Below, piece by piece: positions 16,320 through 25,586 of a stretch of 32,171 bases of DNA (the stretch's first letter is position 1; each line of letters starts with the position of its first letter). The DNA is from Pseudomonadota bacterium. Its GTDB lineage: Bacteria; Bdellovibrionota_B; Oligoflexia; Oligoflexales; CAIMVM01. The notes under the pieces were generated by a model. It saw nothing but the letters and a program-made list of their open reading frames with translations. It had not been told where the DNA came from and searched no databases. Both the position numbers and the translations under genes were made by a program. Where the stretch lies: assembly GCA_037142195.1 (NCBI GenBank), contig JBAXBA010000037.1:1-32171 (forward strand). Direction: 5' to 3'.

Positions 16320-18287
16320 TTAAGCTTTACCTAGGATTCCCATGTATTCCTTTAAAGCTTCCGGATTCATGAGAGCATCCGCATTGCCAATGGGGAGTCC
16401 AAGAATCGCATTCAGCACAGCAAGTTCCACTTTTTTACCGCTCCGAGTGTAAGGTATATCGCTTACCACATAGATGCGTTCAGGGACGTGGCGAGGGGTT
16501 AGCTCGGCTCTAATACGTTGCTTTATGCGTGTTTTAAGGTCGTCCACATCTACATCGTTCACCAGTTTAATAAATAAAGAGACCATGACGTCATCGCCTT
16601 TAGGCACGCCCACAACGATAGAATCCTGGATTTCTGGAAAGGACTCCGTTTGGCGATAGATCTCTGCAGTTCCTATACGAACCCCGCCAGGATTGAGGGT
16701 CGTATCGGAGCGTCCATAGACGATGACGCTACCGTGATCTTGAATAGACACCCAGTCACCTTGGCGCCAGACCTGGCGGTTCTTAAAATAGCTGAAATAG
16801 GCCTCCCTATATTTTTCACCTGAAGGGTCATTCCAAAAGCCGATAGGCATGGAGGGAAAAGGTTTCACACATACCAATTCGGCTTTGACTCCCTGCACCC
16901 TTTGCCCGTCATCATTCCAAGATTCTATCGCCATACCAAGTCCTGCAGACTGAATTTCCCCTGGGTGAACCTCCAGGAGAGGATTGCCGAGCATAAAACA
17001 GGAAATAATATCAGTACCACCTGAAATAGAAGCGATTTGAACATTCTGCTTCACATGGTCATAGACCCAGGCATAGCTTTCTGAGGGGAGAGGAGACCCA
17101 GTGGACAGAATGGTCTTTAAATGGGAAAAGGAATAATGAGGTATGTAGGAAGCTTTCATACAAGAAGAAATAAATTTTGGAGAAGTTCCAAATACGTTTA
17201 CTTTTTCTTGTTCGACCATACGCCATAAAATATCGTTAGACTCAAGTACTACCGCACCGTCATAGGTGACGATCGAAGCTCCCACAGACAGGGCAGAGAC
17301 CATCCAATTCCACATCATCCAACCGCAAGTCGTAAAGTAGAAGAGCTTGTCACCCGCACCTAAATCCGTGTGTAATGATAGCTCCTTCTTATGTTGGAGT
17401 AAGGTTCCTCCCACACTATGAACAATGCATTTGGGCTTACCGGTCGTCCCAGAGGAATACAAAATATAGAGAGGAGCTCCAAAATCCATAGGCTCAAATG
17501 TTAGTGGCAAATACCCTTCACTATCTTTAGCACCCGATGGATTTTGTAAAATAGAACTTAAGGTAGGGCTCTCGAAACCCTGATTTCTCGCTTCTAAATG
17601 CTCCACCGCTACTGTCTGAACCAAGCTGGGTAGGGACCCTGAAATCTCTCGGACCCCGTGGATAGGCTCTATTCTTTTACCGTTGTATAGGTAGGCACTG
17701 GTTATAAATAGAATCTTAGGTTCGATTTGAGAAAATCGATCCAATATACCTGAGACACCAAAATCGGGGCTACATGACGACCAAATGGCTCCGACAGAGG
17801 TGGCAGCAAGCATGGCGATTACGGCCTCAGGACCATTGACAAGAACTCCTGCAATTCGGTCCCCTGGGGCTATGCGAAGAGATTTAAACCAAGTGGCAAG
17901 GCGCGAGACATCGTTCCATAGCTCCTGCCCGGTCCAAGTCCGACGCTCTGCACCTTCTACATAACTGATCAACACAGGCTGGGCACTATATTTAATGGGA
18001 GACAGGAGATTTTCGGCATAATTCAGCTGACTTTCAGGAAACCAGCGGGCACCAAACATAGAATCGCCTGAAAGAACTTCGCTTTCTCTTTTATGCCAGA
18101 TTACCTTGGTAAAGTCGGCAGCGTCACTCCAAAATTCTTCGGGCTGTTGAATAGACCATTGATACAAATGATTCCAGTCTGGTAGAAATCCCCTCTTAGC
18201 TGAGGTTTCCCTTAAGAAGGAATACATTCTAGAAGAAGTGATGCGATCTGAATTTGGCTTCCAAATAGCTGCTTGTGAGGTTTCCAT
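16320..18287 (-). CDS. Acetoacetate--CoA ligase (acetoacetyl-CoA synthetase)
   Basis: LNYAENLL, WSSCSPDFG, YSSGTTGKPKCIVH, FYFTTCGWMMWNW, SISGGTDI, GRSDTTLNPGGVRIGTAEIY, TRSGKKVE. Confidence 0.95.
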   Translation of the reverse strand: METSQAAIWKPNSDRITSSRMYSFLRETSAKRGFLPDWNHLYQWSIQQPEEFWSDAADFTKVIWHKRESEVLSGDSMFGARWFPESQLNYAENLLSPIKYSAQPVLISYVEGAERRTWTGQELWNDVSRLATWFKSLRIAPGDRIAGVLVNGPEAVIAMLAATSVGAIWSSCSPDFGVSGILDRFSQIEPKILFITSAYLYNGKRIEPIHGVREISGSLPSLVQTVAVEHLEARNQGFESPTLSSILQNPSGAKDSEGYLPLTFEPMDFGAPLYILYSSGTTGKPKCIVHSVGGTLLQHKKELSLHTDLGAGDKLFYFTTCGWMMWNWMVSALSVGASIVTYDGAVVLESNDILWRMVEQEKVNVFGTSPKFISSCMKASYIPHYSFSHLKTILSTGSPLPSESYAWVYDHVKQNVQIASISGGTDIISCFMLGNPLLEVHPGEIQSAGLGMAIESWNDDGQRVQGVKAELVCVKPFPSMPIGFWNDPSGEKYREAYFSYFKNRQVWRQGDWVSIQDHGSVIVYGRSDTTLNPGGVRIGTAEIYRQTESFPEIQDSIVVGVPKGDDVMVSLFIKLVNDVDVDDLKTRIKQRIRAELTPRHVPERIYVVSDIPYTRSGKKVELAVLNAILGLPIGNADALMNPEALKEYMGILGKA

Positions 18288-18386
18288 GATCTTCCTTTTA
18301 GGTATTCGCCTCAGGAAGATACTCTATTTTAGGAAGACAAAAAAGAGGCAAAAGCCTCTTGTCATTTAGCCTACCTGGACCGATTT

Positions 18387-19136
18387 CTAGCGGTCCATAG
18401 ATTTGTCTATCTTGCGAGCAAGATCTCGGATCATTTCCATCCCGCGCGGAGATTCGGATTTCTGACGAGTATTCATGGGTTTTTTCTCACTTTGATAGGG
18501 CTCGACCACCTTTTTATAGTTGACCGTAGGAGATGCCAAACTATCTTCTAGAGAAGATGTAGGCGCAGCAGGTTTCGTGAGTCGCTCAAGATCTTCGAGT
18601 CGTCGTGTGACGAGGGCACTAGAGACACCAAACAAATCGGCTACCAATTTAGGCTCTTTAAGTTTCTCAAAAGCTCGAAGAACCATTGCCTGGGGGAGAA
18701 TTAGCGAAGCAGCAAAGTGATCCGCAGCCATTTCCCTTTCATTGCCTCCCATGCGGGATAGATAGCGCACTAAAGGGGACACTTCTTCTTTTAGCCCCGA
18801 ACGTTCAAACTCCCCCCTAGCAAGAAGGGGCTGAATATCGATAAGAAAATGCCCCAATAGATGGGCCATGGCAAATTTAGCCTCCAAAGAATTGAGGCTA
18901 TTGGACACTACAATATAGAATTCAAAACGCCCTCGATCATCCTCCCCAGCGATTAAGGCTGGGCAGTCGATGGTCTCTCTTCGAAGAGGAATGCCGAAGT
19001 CTTGGACCAATGCTTCGATGTCCAGTTTCAATTGCGCCGGCTTTCCGACAGCAAAATAACGCCTTACTGCTACCGATAGGGCCTCAAAGTCTCTTGTGAT
19101 AGCCAAGTGAACAATTTCGGGGAAAATAGCAATCAT
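18387..19136 (-). CDS. ImmA/IrrE-family (Peptidase M78-like) protein with degenerate HExxH motif (HLLGH)
   Basis: KFAMAHLLGH, EMAADHFAASLILP, VADLFGVS..LVTRRL match the ImmA/IrrE layout; AAGGAGG RBS. Confidence 0.8.
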   Translation of the reverse strand: MIAIFPEIVHLAITRDFEALSVAVRRYFAVGKPAQLKLDIEALVQDFGIPLRRETIDCPALIAGEDDRGRFEFYIVVSNSLNSLEAKFAMAHLLGHFLIDIQPLLARGEFERSGLKEEVSPLVRYLSRMGGNEREMAADHFAASLILPQAMVLRAFEKLKEPKLVADLFGVSSALVTRRLEDLERLTKPAAPTSSLEDSLASPTVNYKKVVEPYQSEKKPMNTRQKSESPRGMEMIRDLARKIDKSMDR

Positions 19137-19246
19137 AGACAGCCTCCTTTTATCCTTCTATTCTAACCTTTTAATCAGAAATCTCAAAATCCACATTCCT
19201 ATTAAAGCCTGAAACCCCTGAAAATATATGGACAATTCGGAAACCT

Positions 19247-19273
19247 TTAAGGATCTTGGTAGGAGGCCGAAGA
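19247..19273 (+). promoter_or_regulatory. Putative sigma28/FliA-type promoter of the PilZ gene
   Basis: TTAAG-N14-GCCGAAGA versus enteric consensus TAAAG-N14-GCCGATAA, about 70 bp before the ATG. Confidence 0.45.
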
Positions 19274-19340
19274 GTTTTATAGGATAGAAGAAATGGCCTC
19301 TTATCTCACAGCTTGGCTGGTGGTCCATGGGGGAAAGATT

Positions 19341-19667
19341 ATGATCAATCTCAAATTTCAAGAACGCCGATTTAAAACGCGCAAAAAGCTCAGTGGTCTG
19401 ATGCCTGGAAAAATCTTTTCCGGGGATAAGGAACTTAAAGTGAAGCCTGTTGACCTTGGTCAAGATGGATTAGGTGTTATTTCCGAAGTTCAGCTAACGG
19501 AAGGGGACCGGCTTACCATGGAAACCTCGAAGGGAAAGATCGACCTTAAGGTGATATGGATCAAGAAAGATTTTGGAAAGCAGGATCTATTCCGGATTGG
19601 CCTTGTTACTTTGAACCCAAAAGATAATCTGGCAATTATTTTCGAAAGCGCTGGATGCCTTAAGTAG
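19341..19667 (+). CDS. PilZ domain protein (start re-called to MINLKF, 108 aa)
   Basis: ERRFKTR (RxxxR) and VDLGQDGLG (DxSxxG-like) motifs, beta-rich ending (VIW, RIGL); GGGGGA RBS. Confidence 0.8.
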   Translation: MINLKFQERRFKTRKKLSGLMPGKIFSGDKELKVKPVDLGQDGLGVISEVQLTEGDRLTMETSKGKIDLKVIWIKKDFGKQDLFRIGLVTLNPKDNLAIIFESAGCLK

Positions 19668-19688
19668 CAAGAGTTTCCATGCACAATT

Positions 19689-19720
19689 AAAAGCCACCTT
19701 TTTTAGGTGGCCTTATTTTT
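19689..19720 (+). terminator. Intrinsic terminator after the PilZ gene
   Basis: GCCACCT-TTTTT-AGGTGGC stem followed by CTTATTTTT. Confidence 0.7.
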
Positions 19721-20071
19721 ATCTTAAGTTTTTCACCTCAATCTGCCGAAGGTATTTTTAAGCGTGAGACACTGGTAGAAAAAAATTTCCTCCCTTGTCG
19801 CCACTTGATAAAAAAAGTTACTAGCCCACTCGATCTTTCAAATCACAGTGGCACTAGTGATTGAACTCGGAATGGACTTTGTAATTTTCGGCAATTTGAA
19901 AAAGATTCATTTTTTTTTTGCAGAGAGGAACCGAAAAAATGAAGAATGTGTTATTATCAGATTGTGTGAAAGTGAAAAATGTTTTACAAAGTTGTTTCGG
20001 TTCGCAAAATAATTTATCTACAAACCCGTGAGGGTCAAATAACAGGGTCAATTTAACGAAGGAGATTCACC

Positions 20072-20377
20072 TTGGCTAAGAAAGCAACGAAGAAAGCAGC
20101 AACTAAAAAAGTAGCTAAAAAAGCTACTAAAAAAGCTGCAACAAAGAAAAAAGTAGCAAAAAAAGCAACTAAGAAAGTTGCAAAGAAAGCTACTAAGAAG
20201 GCTGCAACTAAGAAGGTAGCAAAAAAAGCTACTAAAAAAGCTGCAACTAAGAAAGCTGCAACTAAGAAAGTTGCAACTAAGAAAGCTGCAACTAAGAAAG
20301 TTGCAAAAAAAGCTACTAAGAAGCGCGCTACTACTAAGAAGAAAGTAGCTGCATCTGAAGCTCCAGCAATGGCCTAA
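20072..20377 (+). CDS. Histone H1-like Lys/Ala/Thr-rich repeat protein (Hc2/BpH1-like nucleoid protein)
   Basis: 20 KK/KKK blocks separated by AT/AAT/VA; AAGGAG RBS and TTG start; own terminator; synonymous variation among repeat units. Confidence 0.85.
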   Translation: MAKKATKKAATKKVAKKATKKAATKKKVAKKATKKVAKKATKKAATKKVAKKATKKAATKKAATKKVATKKAATKKVAKKATKKRATTKKKVAASEAPAMA

Positions 20378-20394
20378 TCGCCAAAGCACAAAAG

Positions 20395-20430
20395 AATCGC
20401 CCCGATCATTGATTGGGGCGAATTTTTTTT
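20395..20430. terminator. Intrinsic terminator between the histone-like gene and the convergent peptide ABC operon
   Basis: TCGCCCCGATC-ATT-GATTGGGGCGA followed by ATTTTTTTT. Confidence 0.85.
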
Positions 20431-20446
20431 GTTCAAAACATACTCA

Positions 20447-21415
20447 TCACAGGGTTTCCGCCAGATGACAGGCCACCTGATGCCCGTTAAAGTTCCTCAG
20501 CACAGGCTTTTCCCTTTTACACTGGTCTACAGCATGGGGGCAGCGGGGATGAAAGGCACACCCAAAAGGTGGGTCAAAGGGAGACGGAACATCCCCTTTA
20601 AGGACGATGCGCTCGCTGGTGTGGAAAGGGTCCGGAGTAGGAACAGCTGAAATTAAAGCCTTCGTGTAGGGGTGGAGCGGTTGAGAATAAATGGAGTCGG
20701 CGTCCGTAAGCTCTACAATTTCACCTAGATACATAACCGCAACGCGGTCGCTTATGTGTCTCACCACGGCAAGATTATGGGCGATAAAAATGTAAGAAAG
20801 CTGCATTTCACTTTGTAGCTTGAGTAACAAATTTAAAACCTGAGATTGTATCGAGACGTCCAATGCCGAGACGGGCTCATCACACACTATAAGGCTTGGT
20901 TTCAAGGCAATAGCTCTCGCGATGCCGATACGTTGGCGCTGTCCCCCTGAAAACTCATGGGGGTAGCGAATGCCTGCGGAATCTGGAAGTCCCACCTTGG
21001 CTAAAAGACTTTTCACCTCTTCCTTACGACTTTGACGATCTCCGATTCCATGGACTTCTAGGGGTTCTGACAAAATGCTTTCTACAGTCTGCCTTGAGTT
21101 TAGAGATTCATTAGGATCCTGGAAAATCATTTGAATGTCGCGTCTCATATGGCGCAGGTCTCTTTTAGAAAGATCAAACAGATTTTGATTTTTGAAGTAA
21201 ACCTTACCCGAGTCTGCTTCGTATAGCCGAAGCAGTGTCCTACCCAGGGTACTCTTTCCACACCCAGATTCGCCGACAATCCCCAAGGTTTCCGAAGATT
21301 TCAAAGAAAAGCTCACGTCATTTACAGCATGAACCCGCCCTATTTCGCGTCCCCAGAAACCACCGCGAACGGGAAAGTGTTTCATTAAATTCTCGACTCT
21401 CAGGATCTCAGTCAT
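20447..21415 (-). CDS. oppF: Oligopeptide/dipeptide ABC transporter ATP-binding protein (OppF/DppF-like)
   Basis: GESGCGKSTLG, YPHEFSGGQRQRIGIARA, CDEPVSALDVS, HPYTKAL, C-terminal GCAFHPRC. Confidence 0.9.
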   Translation of the reverse strand: MTEILRVENLMKHFPVRGGFWGREIGRVHAVNDVSFSLKSSETLGIVGESGCGKSTLGRTLLRLYEADSGKVYFKNQNLFDLSKRDLRHMRRDIQMIFQDPNESLNSRQTVESILSEPLEVHGIGDRQSRKEEVKSLLAKVGLPDSAGIRYPHEFSGGQRQRIGIARAIALKPSLIVCDEPVSALDVSIQSQVLNLLLKLQSEMQLSYIFIAHNLAVVRHISDRVAVMYLGEIVELTDADSIYSQPLHPYTKALISAVPTPDPFHTSERIVLKGDVPSPFDPPFGCAFHPRCPHAVDQCKREKPVLRNFNGHQVACHLAETL

Positions 21416-22406
21416 GAAAACCTCGATTCCAGCAAGCTAAGGTCTGGTCCTGCTTTATTTGAATTTCCGGGACTTCTTGGCGACAACGTTCGCTAACTAG
21501 GGGGCATCGACTTTGAAATCGACATCCGAGGAGGAGATCCTTAAGAGCAGGAACACTGCCTTCAATCGTGGGGAGCTGTGTTTTTCTTACAGATCCCAAT
21601 CGGGGAATCGAGCTCAGAAGCCCCTTCGTATAGGGATGACGGGGGTCTTTAAAAAGACTTCGGGTTTCTCTGGCTTCCGCAAGGCGCCCGGCATACATGA
21701 CGAGAGTTCTCTGACACATTTGAGCAACGACTCCAAGATCATGGGTGATCAATAAAATAGACATCCCCCGTTTTTTTTGTAAGGCAAGCATTAGGTCGAG
21801 AATTTGAGCTTGAATTGTCACATCAAGAGCTGTGGTAGGCTCATCGGCGACCAAAATATCAGGATCCGCACTAAGAGCAATGGCAATCACGACCCGCTGA
21901 CGCATGCCCCCGGAAAGCTGGTGGGGGAATTCGTGGATGCGTTTTTCTGGGGAAGGAATCCCAACATCATCGAGAAGTTCTATGGATTTCGCTAAGATTT
22001 CCTTGTCACTCATACTTGGAAAATGAAGGCGAAAGCTCTCAAAGATCTGCCTGCCGATAGTATGCACGGGATTGAGTGCCGTCATCGGTTCTTGAAAGAT
22101 CATGGAAATTTTAGCACCTCGGATCCCACTAAGCTGGCTAGCGGGAAGTTGAACTATATCCTCCCAGCCATTCTTGGTTTTCATTAAAATTTCGCCTGAC
22201 AGAATCTTTCCAAGAGGCTGAGGGAGAAGGCGCAAAAGAGACAAGGCTGTAACACTCTTTCCGCAGCCAGACTCACCGACCAAGCCTAGTGTCTCACCAG
22301 ATCTAAGATCAAAAGAAAGACCATCGACGGCAATAAGCATACCGTGATCTTCGGTGGCGAAACCCACGCGAAGATTTGAGACTCGCAATACTACCTGATC
22401 ATCCAT
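21408..22406 (-). CDS. oppD: Oligopeptide/dipeptide ABC transporter ATP-binding protein (OppD/DppD-like; start re-called to MDDQVV)
   Basis: GESGCGKSVTALS, IFQEPMTALNP, FPHQLSGGMRQRV, ADEPTTALDVTIQAQIL. Confidence 0.9.
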   Translation of the reverse strand: MDDQVVLRVSNLRVGFATEDHGMLIAVDGLSFDLRSGETLGLVGESGCGKSVTALSLLRLLPQPLGKILSGEILMKTKNGWEDIVQLPASQLSGIRGAKISMIFQEPMTALNPVHTIGRQIFESFRLHFPSMSDKEILAKSIELLDDVGIPSPEKRIHEFPHQLSGGMRQRVVIAIALSADPDILVADEPTTALDVTIQAQILDLMLALQKKRGMSILLITHDLGVVAQMCQRTLVMYAGRLAEARETRSLFKDPRHPYTKGLLSSIPRLGSVRKTQLPTIEGSVPALKDLLLGCRFQSRCPLVSERCRQEVPEIQIKQDQTLACWNRGFHD

Positions 22407-22508
22407 GAAACGCCACCCTTGCAAAGTCCTTTTGTAATCCCAAGGACAAAAGCCTTGCTTCACTTAAAGTCTTACTGCCCTCACAGCCTAAAACACCTGA
22501 AAGGCACT

Positions 22509-22588
22509 TTTTGCCACCTTTTGACACCTTTTGACACCTTTTGACACCTTTTGACACCTTTTGACACCTTTTGACACCTTTTGCCACC
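22509..22588. repeat. 10-bp tandem repeat TTTTG(A/C)CACC x8, intergenic within the peptide ABC operon
   Basis: TTTTGCCACC, six perfect TTTTGACACC, TTTTGCCACC; begins 5 bp after the stop of the binding-protein gene. Confidence 0.97.
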
Positions 22589-22593
22589 ATGCG

Positions 22594-24486
22594 CTACTTA
22601 GCTTTGAACTCCCGATTAATGGCGGTAACTGGTTCAAATGATTTTTTGCTTGCTTTAGCTTCCTGGGTCTCATCATAGGCTTTCTTATCAAACCAAAACA
22701 AACCGCCTGTCGCGGAACCTAGAGGATCCATGGCATCGTCGGAAAGCTTCGTCGCAGGAACATCAGGAAGCTTCCAATAACGCCAAAACGCTTGACGGAA
22801 ATAAGGAACTTGAAAGGTCGTGATGATCGAGCCTTCTTCAAAAATCAGGGACTGCACTTCACGAGATAGAGCTGCTTTTTCCTTTAGGTCAAAGGAGTCT
22901 TCATATTTTTTGACAACAGCATCTATTTTCGGATCCGAAGTGTTCGTGAAATTGTTGGTTTGGGCTTTGTTGGCATTGTCGGAGTGAAAGAACTCCCAAT
23001 ATTGAGGTCTCATGCTGGTTCCCCAGCCGACCCAAGCTATATCATGCTTTTTTTCAAGCATTTTCTTAAAGGACGCTGACCCATCCAGTTCTTCTAGATT
23101 TAACTCAATCCCGCACTTTTTAGCCTCTTGTTGGAGGACTACGAGTCGATCTTTATGGTGAGGTTGACCATAGGTTACAGTGACTGAGAAACGCTTGCCG
23201 TTTTTGGCCCAAATGCCATCTGCCGCTCGCTTCCAACCGGACTTTTGCATCAATGTAGCCACTTTAGCGGGATCAAATTCCCGAGGCTTAATTTCTTGAT
23301 TGGTAAAATCTCCATAGCCTCTGCTTATAAAATTTAGTCTTTCATAGTCAGATCTTAATACTTCTTTTAAGACTTTATCGAGATTCATAGCATGGGCCAA
23401 TGCATAACGGACGTTTTTATCCTTGAAAATGGGCTGAGCCAGATTGAGATACATGCCCGCATCACTTCTGGGAGCATCATTATAGAACCATAGACGTTGA
23501 ATGAACCCACGTTTCACCATATCTTCGTTGGCGGATTTTTCATGCCAATATTCAGGAAGTGTAATTCCCATGGAATCAATTTCACCTTTTTTGAAATACT
23601 CCCACTGGGCATTTATATCGCGAATCACGGTGTAAACAACCTGGTCCACATTAAATCGGTTTCTGTAATAGCGGAGTTTTCTGCCCCACCAAGAGGGAAC
23701 TTTTTCTAGGACGATCTGCTTTCCTTTATCGACTTGCGTGATCTGGTAGGGACCAGAAACGGGTTCCACCTTCCAGTTGTAGTCTTCTACCCATTTATCA
23801 TCAAGCACATGAAAGTGGCGAGGGGTGGGACCTACTCCATAAAAGTAGAGAAGGTCTTCTTTCGGGTAGGGCTTGGCTCCGGTCACAGAAATGACGTAGT
23901 TTGATATCTTTTTTATGTCTTTAATGTTTTCCGTGTAATGACGGTTGTACCAAGGATCGACAATGGACTTGGAGCGATGAAACTCTAGAGTAAACGTATA
24001 ATCATCGGCGGTGATGGGTTTGCCATCGGACCAACGGGCATTGGGATTTAGCTTATAATAGACCGTCACCCCATCTTTATCAAAAGCCCAATGGGACGCT
24101 AACTGGGGGATAGGCCTTCCGGTATTAGGGTGTACCTCAACAAGAGAAAGCTGAATCGAGCGCAGGACTCCCGCAAAAGACCCATTGGCATCAGGGCCGA
24201 CTCGCCTCAATGTCATGGGAAACGAGGGAATGCCTTCATGGAAAGTTCCACCCGATACCGCATTGGGTGAAGCATACTCGGGATCAGTATCATTGGTCTG
24301 CCATTCCACACCTGCAGGAAGTTTAAAATCACCCATAATTTCAGCATCTGAGAACTGCTTTTCAGCAATCTCTTGCTTCTGACTCGCCTCGCTACCTGAG
24401 GACTCACTGGGGTTTTTCTTCTTTTTGGTGCAAGCAAAAAGACTTACTGCAGTTGCCAACAAACCAAATCTAATCCACATCCTCAT
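22594..24486 (-). CDS. Peptide ABC transporter substrate-binding lipoprotein, family 5 (YejA-like; start re-called to MRMWIR)
   Basis: Lipobox LFAC, SPNAVSGG, ARWSDGKPITADD..FT, SGPY, FKDKNVRYAL; AAGGAG RBS before 24486. Confidence 0.9.
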   Translation of the reverse strand: MRMWIRFGLLATAVSLFACTKKKKNPSESSGSEASQKQEIAEKQFSDAEIMGDFKLPAGVEWQTNDTDPEYASPNAVSGGTFHEGIPSFPMTLRRVGPDANGSFAGVLRSIQLSLVEVHPNTGRPIPQLASHWAFDKDGVTVYYKLNPNARWSDGKPITADDYTFTLEFHRSKSIVDPWYNRHYTENIKDIKKISNYVISVTGAKPYPKEDLLYFYGVGPTPRHFHVLDDKWVEDYNWKVEPVSGPYQITQVDKGKQIVLEKVPSWWGRKLRYYRNRFNVDQVVYTVIRDINAQWEYFKKGEIDSMGITLPEYWHEKSANEDMVKRGFIQRLWFYNDAPRSDAGMYLNLAQPIFKDKNVRYALAHAMNLDKVLKEVLRSDYERLNFISRGYGDFTNQEIKPREFDPAKVATLMQKSGWKRAADGIWAKNGKRFSVTVTYGQPHHKDRLVVLQQEAKKCGIELNLEELDGSASFKKMLEKKHDIAWVGWGTSMRPQYWEFFHSDNANKAQTNNFTNTSDPKIDAVVKKYEDSFDLKEKAALSREVQSLIFEEGSIITTFQVPYFRQAFWRYWKLPDVPATKLSDDAMDPLGSATGGLFWFDKKAYDETQEAKASKKSFEPVTAINREFKAK

Positions 24487-24508
24487 GAAAAACTCCTTTG
24501 GAAAAATT

Positions 24509-25579
24509 CTACTCGTAGGTGGTATGCCTTTTGGGATCAAATGCTTCTCGAATGGCTTCGCCCATAAATGTCACTAAAACTAAGACTATCACCATGGCGG
24601 TTACGACCGATGATAGAATCCAATAGGCTGAAAGAGTTCTGACTCCCTCGTCTAGCAAACCTCCCCAACTAGGCGTAGGAGCAGGTAGGCCATAGCCGAG
24701 AAAATCAAGGGACGTCAAACTGACAATAGCTTCTGAAATAGAAAAGGGAATAAAGGTTAAAATCAATGCTAGGGAATTAGGGATAATATGTTTGAAAATG
24801 ATTCTAAAATCCGTCGCACCGATGGATCTTGCCGCCAAAATATAATCTCTTGCCTTCTCCCTATAAGTCGCGGTTCGCATATACCACGTCATGCTTATCC
24901 AGCCAAACCCCGCCATGATAAGCCCAAGACTAAAAAAAGTCGGGGTCACAATCGAAGCCACAATCATCACCACATACAAGAAGGGAATATTGGAGAGCAC
25001 TTCGATAAAGCGCTGCATATATAAGTCAGTCCGTCCCCCAAGCCATCCCATAAAACACCCGATCGCAATCCCTGCAAAATAATTTATGAAAAGCAAAAAA
25101 ATAGAAAATGCGATCGCAATTCTAAACCCATAAAATAGCCGTGCCAGAATGTCCCGTCCTGTGGAGTCTGTTCCCAAATAGTGCTTTCTAGCGTACTCAG
25201 GGGCAAAGGGCGGATAAAGTCGCTGGGAGTTCTGGTCGAATCTTGCCTCAAGGTCATTTTCTAGAGGCCCCCAAGGCACGATGGGTAGAACGACAAAATG
25301 GTCCGTGCTCCCGGCAAATTTTAATTGTAACTCGCGGTAATTGGTTTCGTATTCATAATCTAGTCCAAACTCGTGACCAGGAATTTGCTGACCATAGGTG
25401 GGAAAGTAGTACTTATTTTCATATTTAACGAGCAGCGCCCGTTCACTGATAAAAAGCTCTAAAAAAGCAGAAACGAGAATCAACGCCATAAAAATGATAA
25501 AGGACCCATAGCCCCTTTTGATCGATTTAAATCGAGCAAACTGCCGTTTAGACGCGGGACTCATTTTAAAAAATTTCAA
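24509..25579 (-). CDS. Peptide ABC transporter permease (YejE/OppC-like)
   Basis: RFKSIKRGY, LGTDSTGRDILARLFYGFR, EAA-like YILAARSIGA, LTSLDFLGYGLP..PSWG, GEAIREAFDP. Confidence 0.92.
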   Translation of the reverse strand: MKFFKMSPASKRQFARFKSIKRGYGSFIIFMALILVSAFLELFISERALLVKYENKYYFPTYGQQIPGHEFGLDYEYETNYRELQLKFAGSTDHFVVLPIVPWGPLENDLEARFDQNSQRLYPPFAPEYARKHYLGTDSTGRDILARLFYGFRIAIAFSIFLLFINYFAGIAIGCFMGWLGGRTDLYMQRFIEVLSNIPFLYVVMIVASIVTPTFFSLGLIMAGFGWISMTWYMRTATYREKARDYILAARSIGATDFRIIFKHIIPNSLALILTFIPFSISEAIVSLTSLDFLGYGLPAPTPSWGGLLDEGVRTLSAYWILSSVVTAMVIVLVLVTFMGEAIREAFDPKRHTTYE

Positions 25580-25586
25580 GGAAACC

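Noticed and set aside
19158..19463. 101-aa minus ORF overlapping the PilZ gene
   Set aside because: Shadow of the PilZ gene and its promoter region
20048..20389. Cys/Phe/Ser-rich 113-aa minus ORF
   Set aside because: Antisense shadow of the Lys-rich repeat gene, which has the RBS and terminator
22399..22691. ORFs with KGVKRCQKVS repeats
   Set aside because: Produced by the stop-free 10-bp repeat being read in several frames; no RBS, and they overlap real genes
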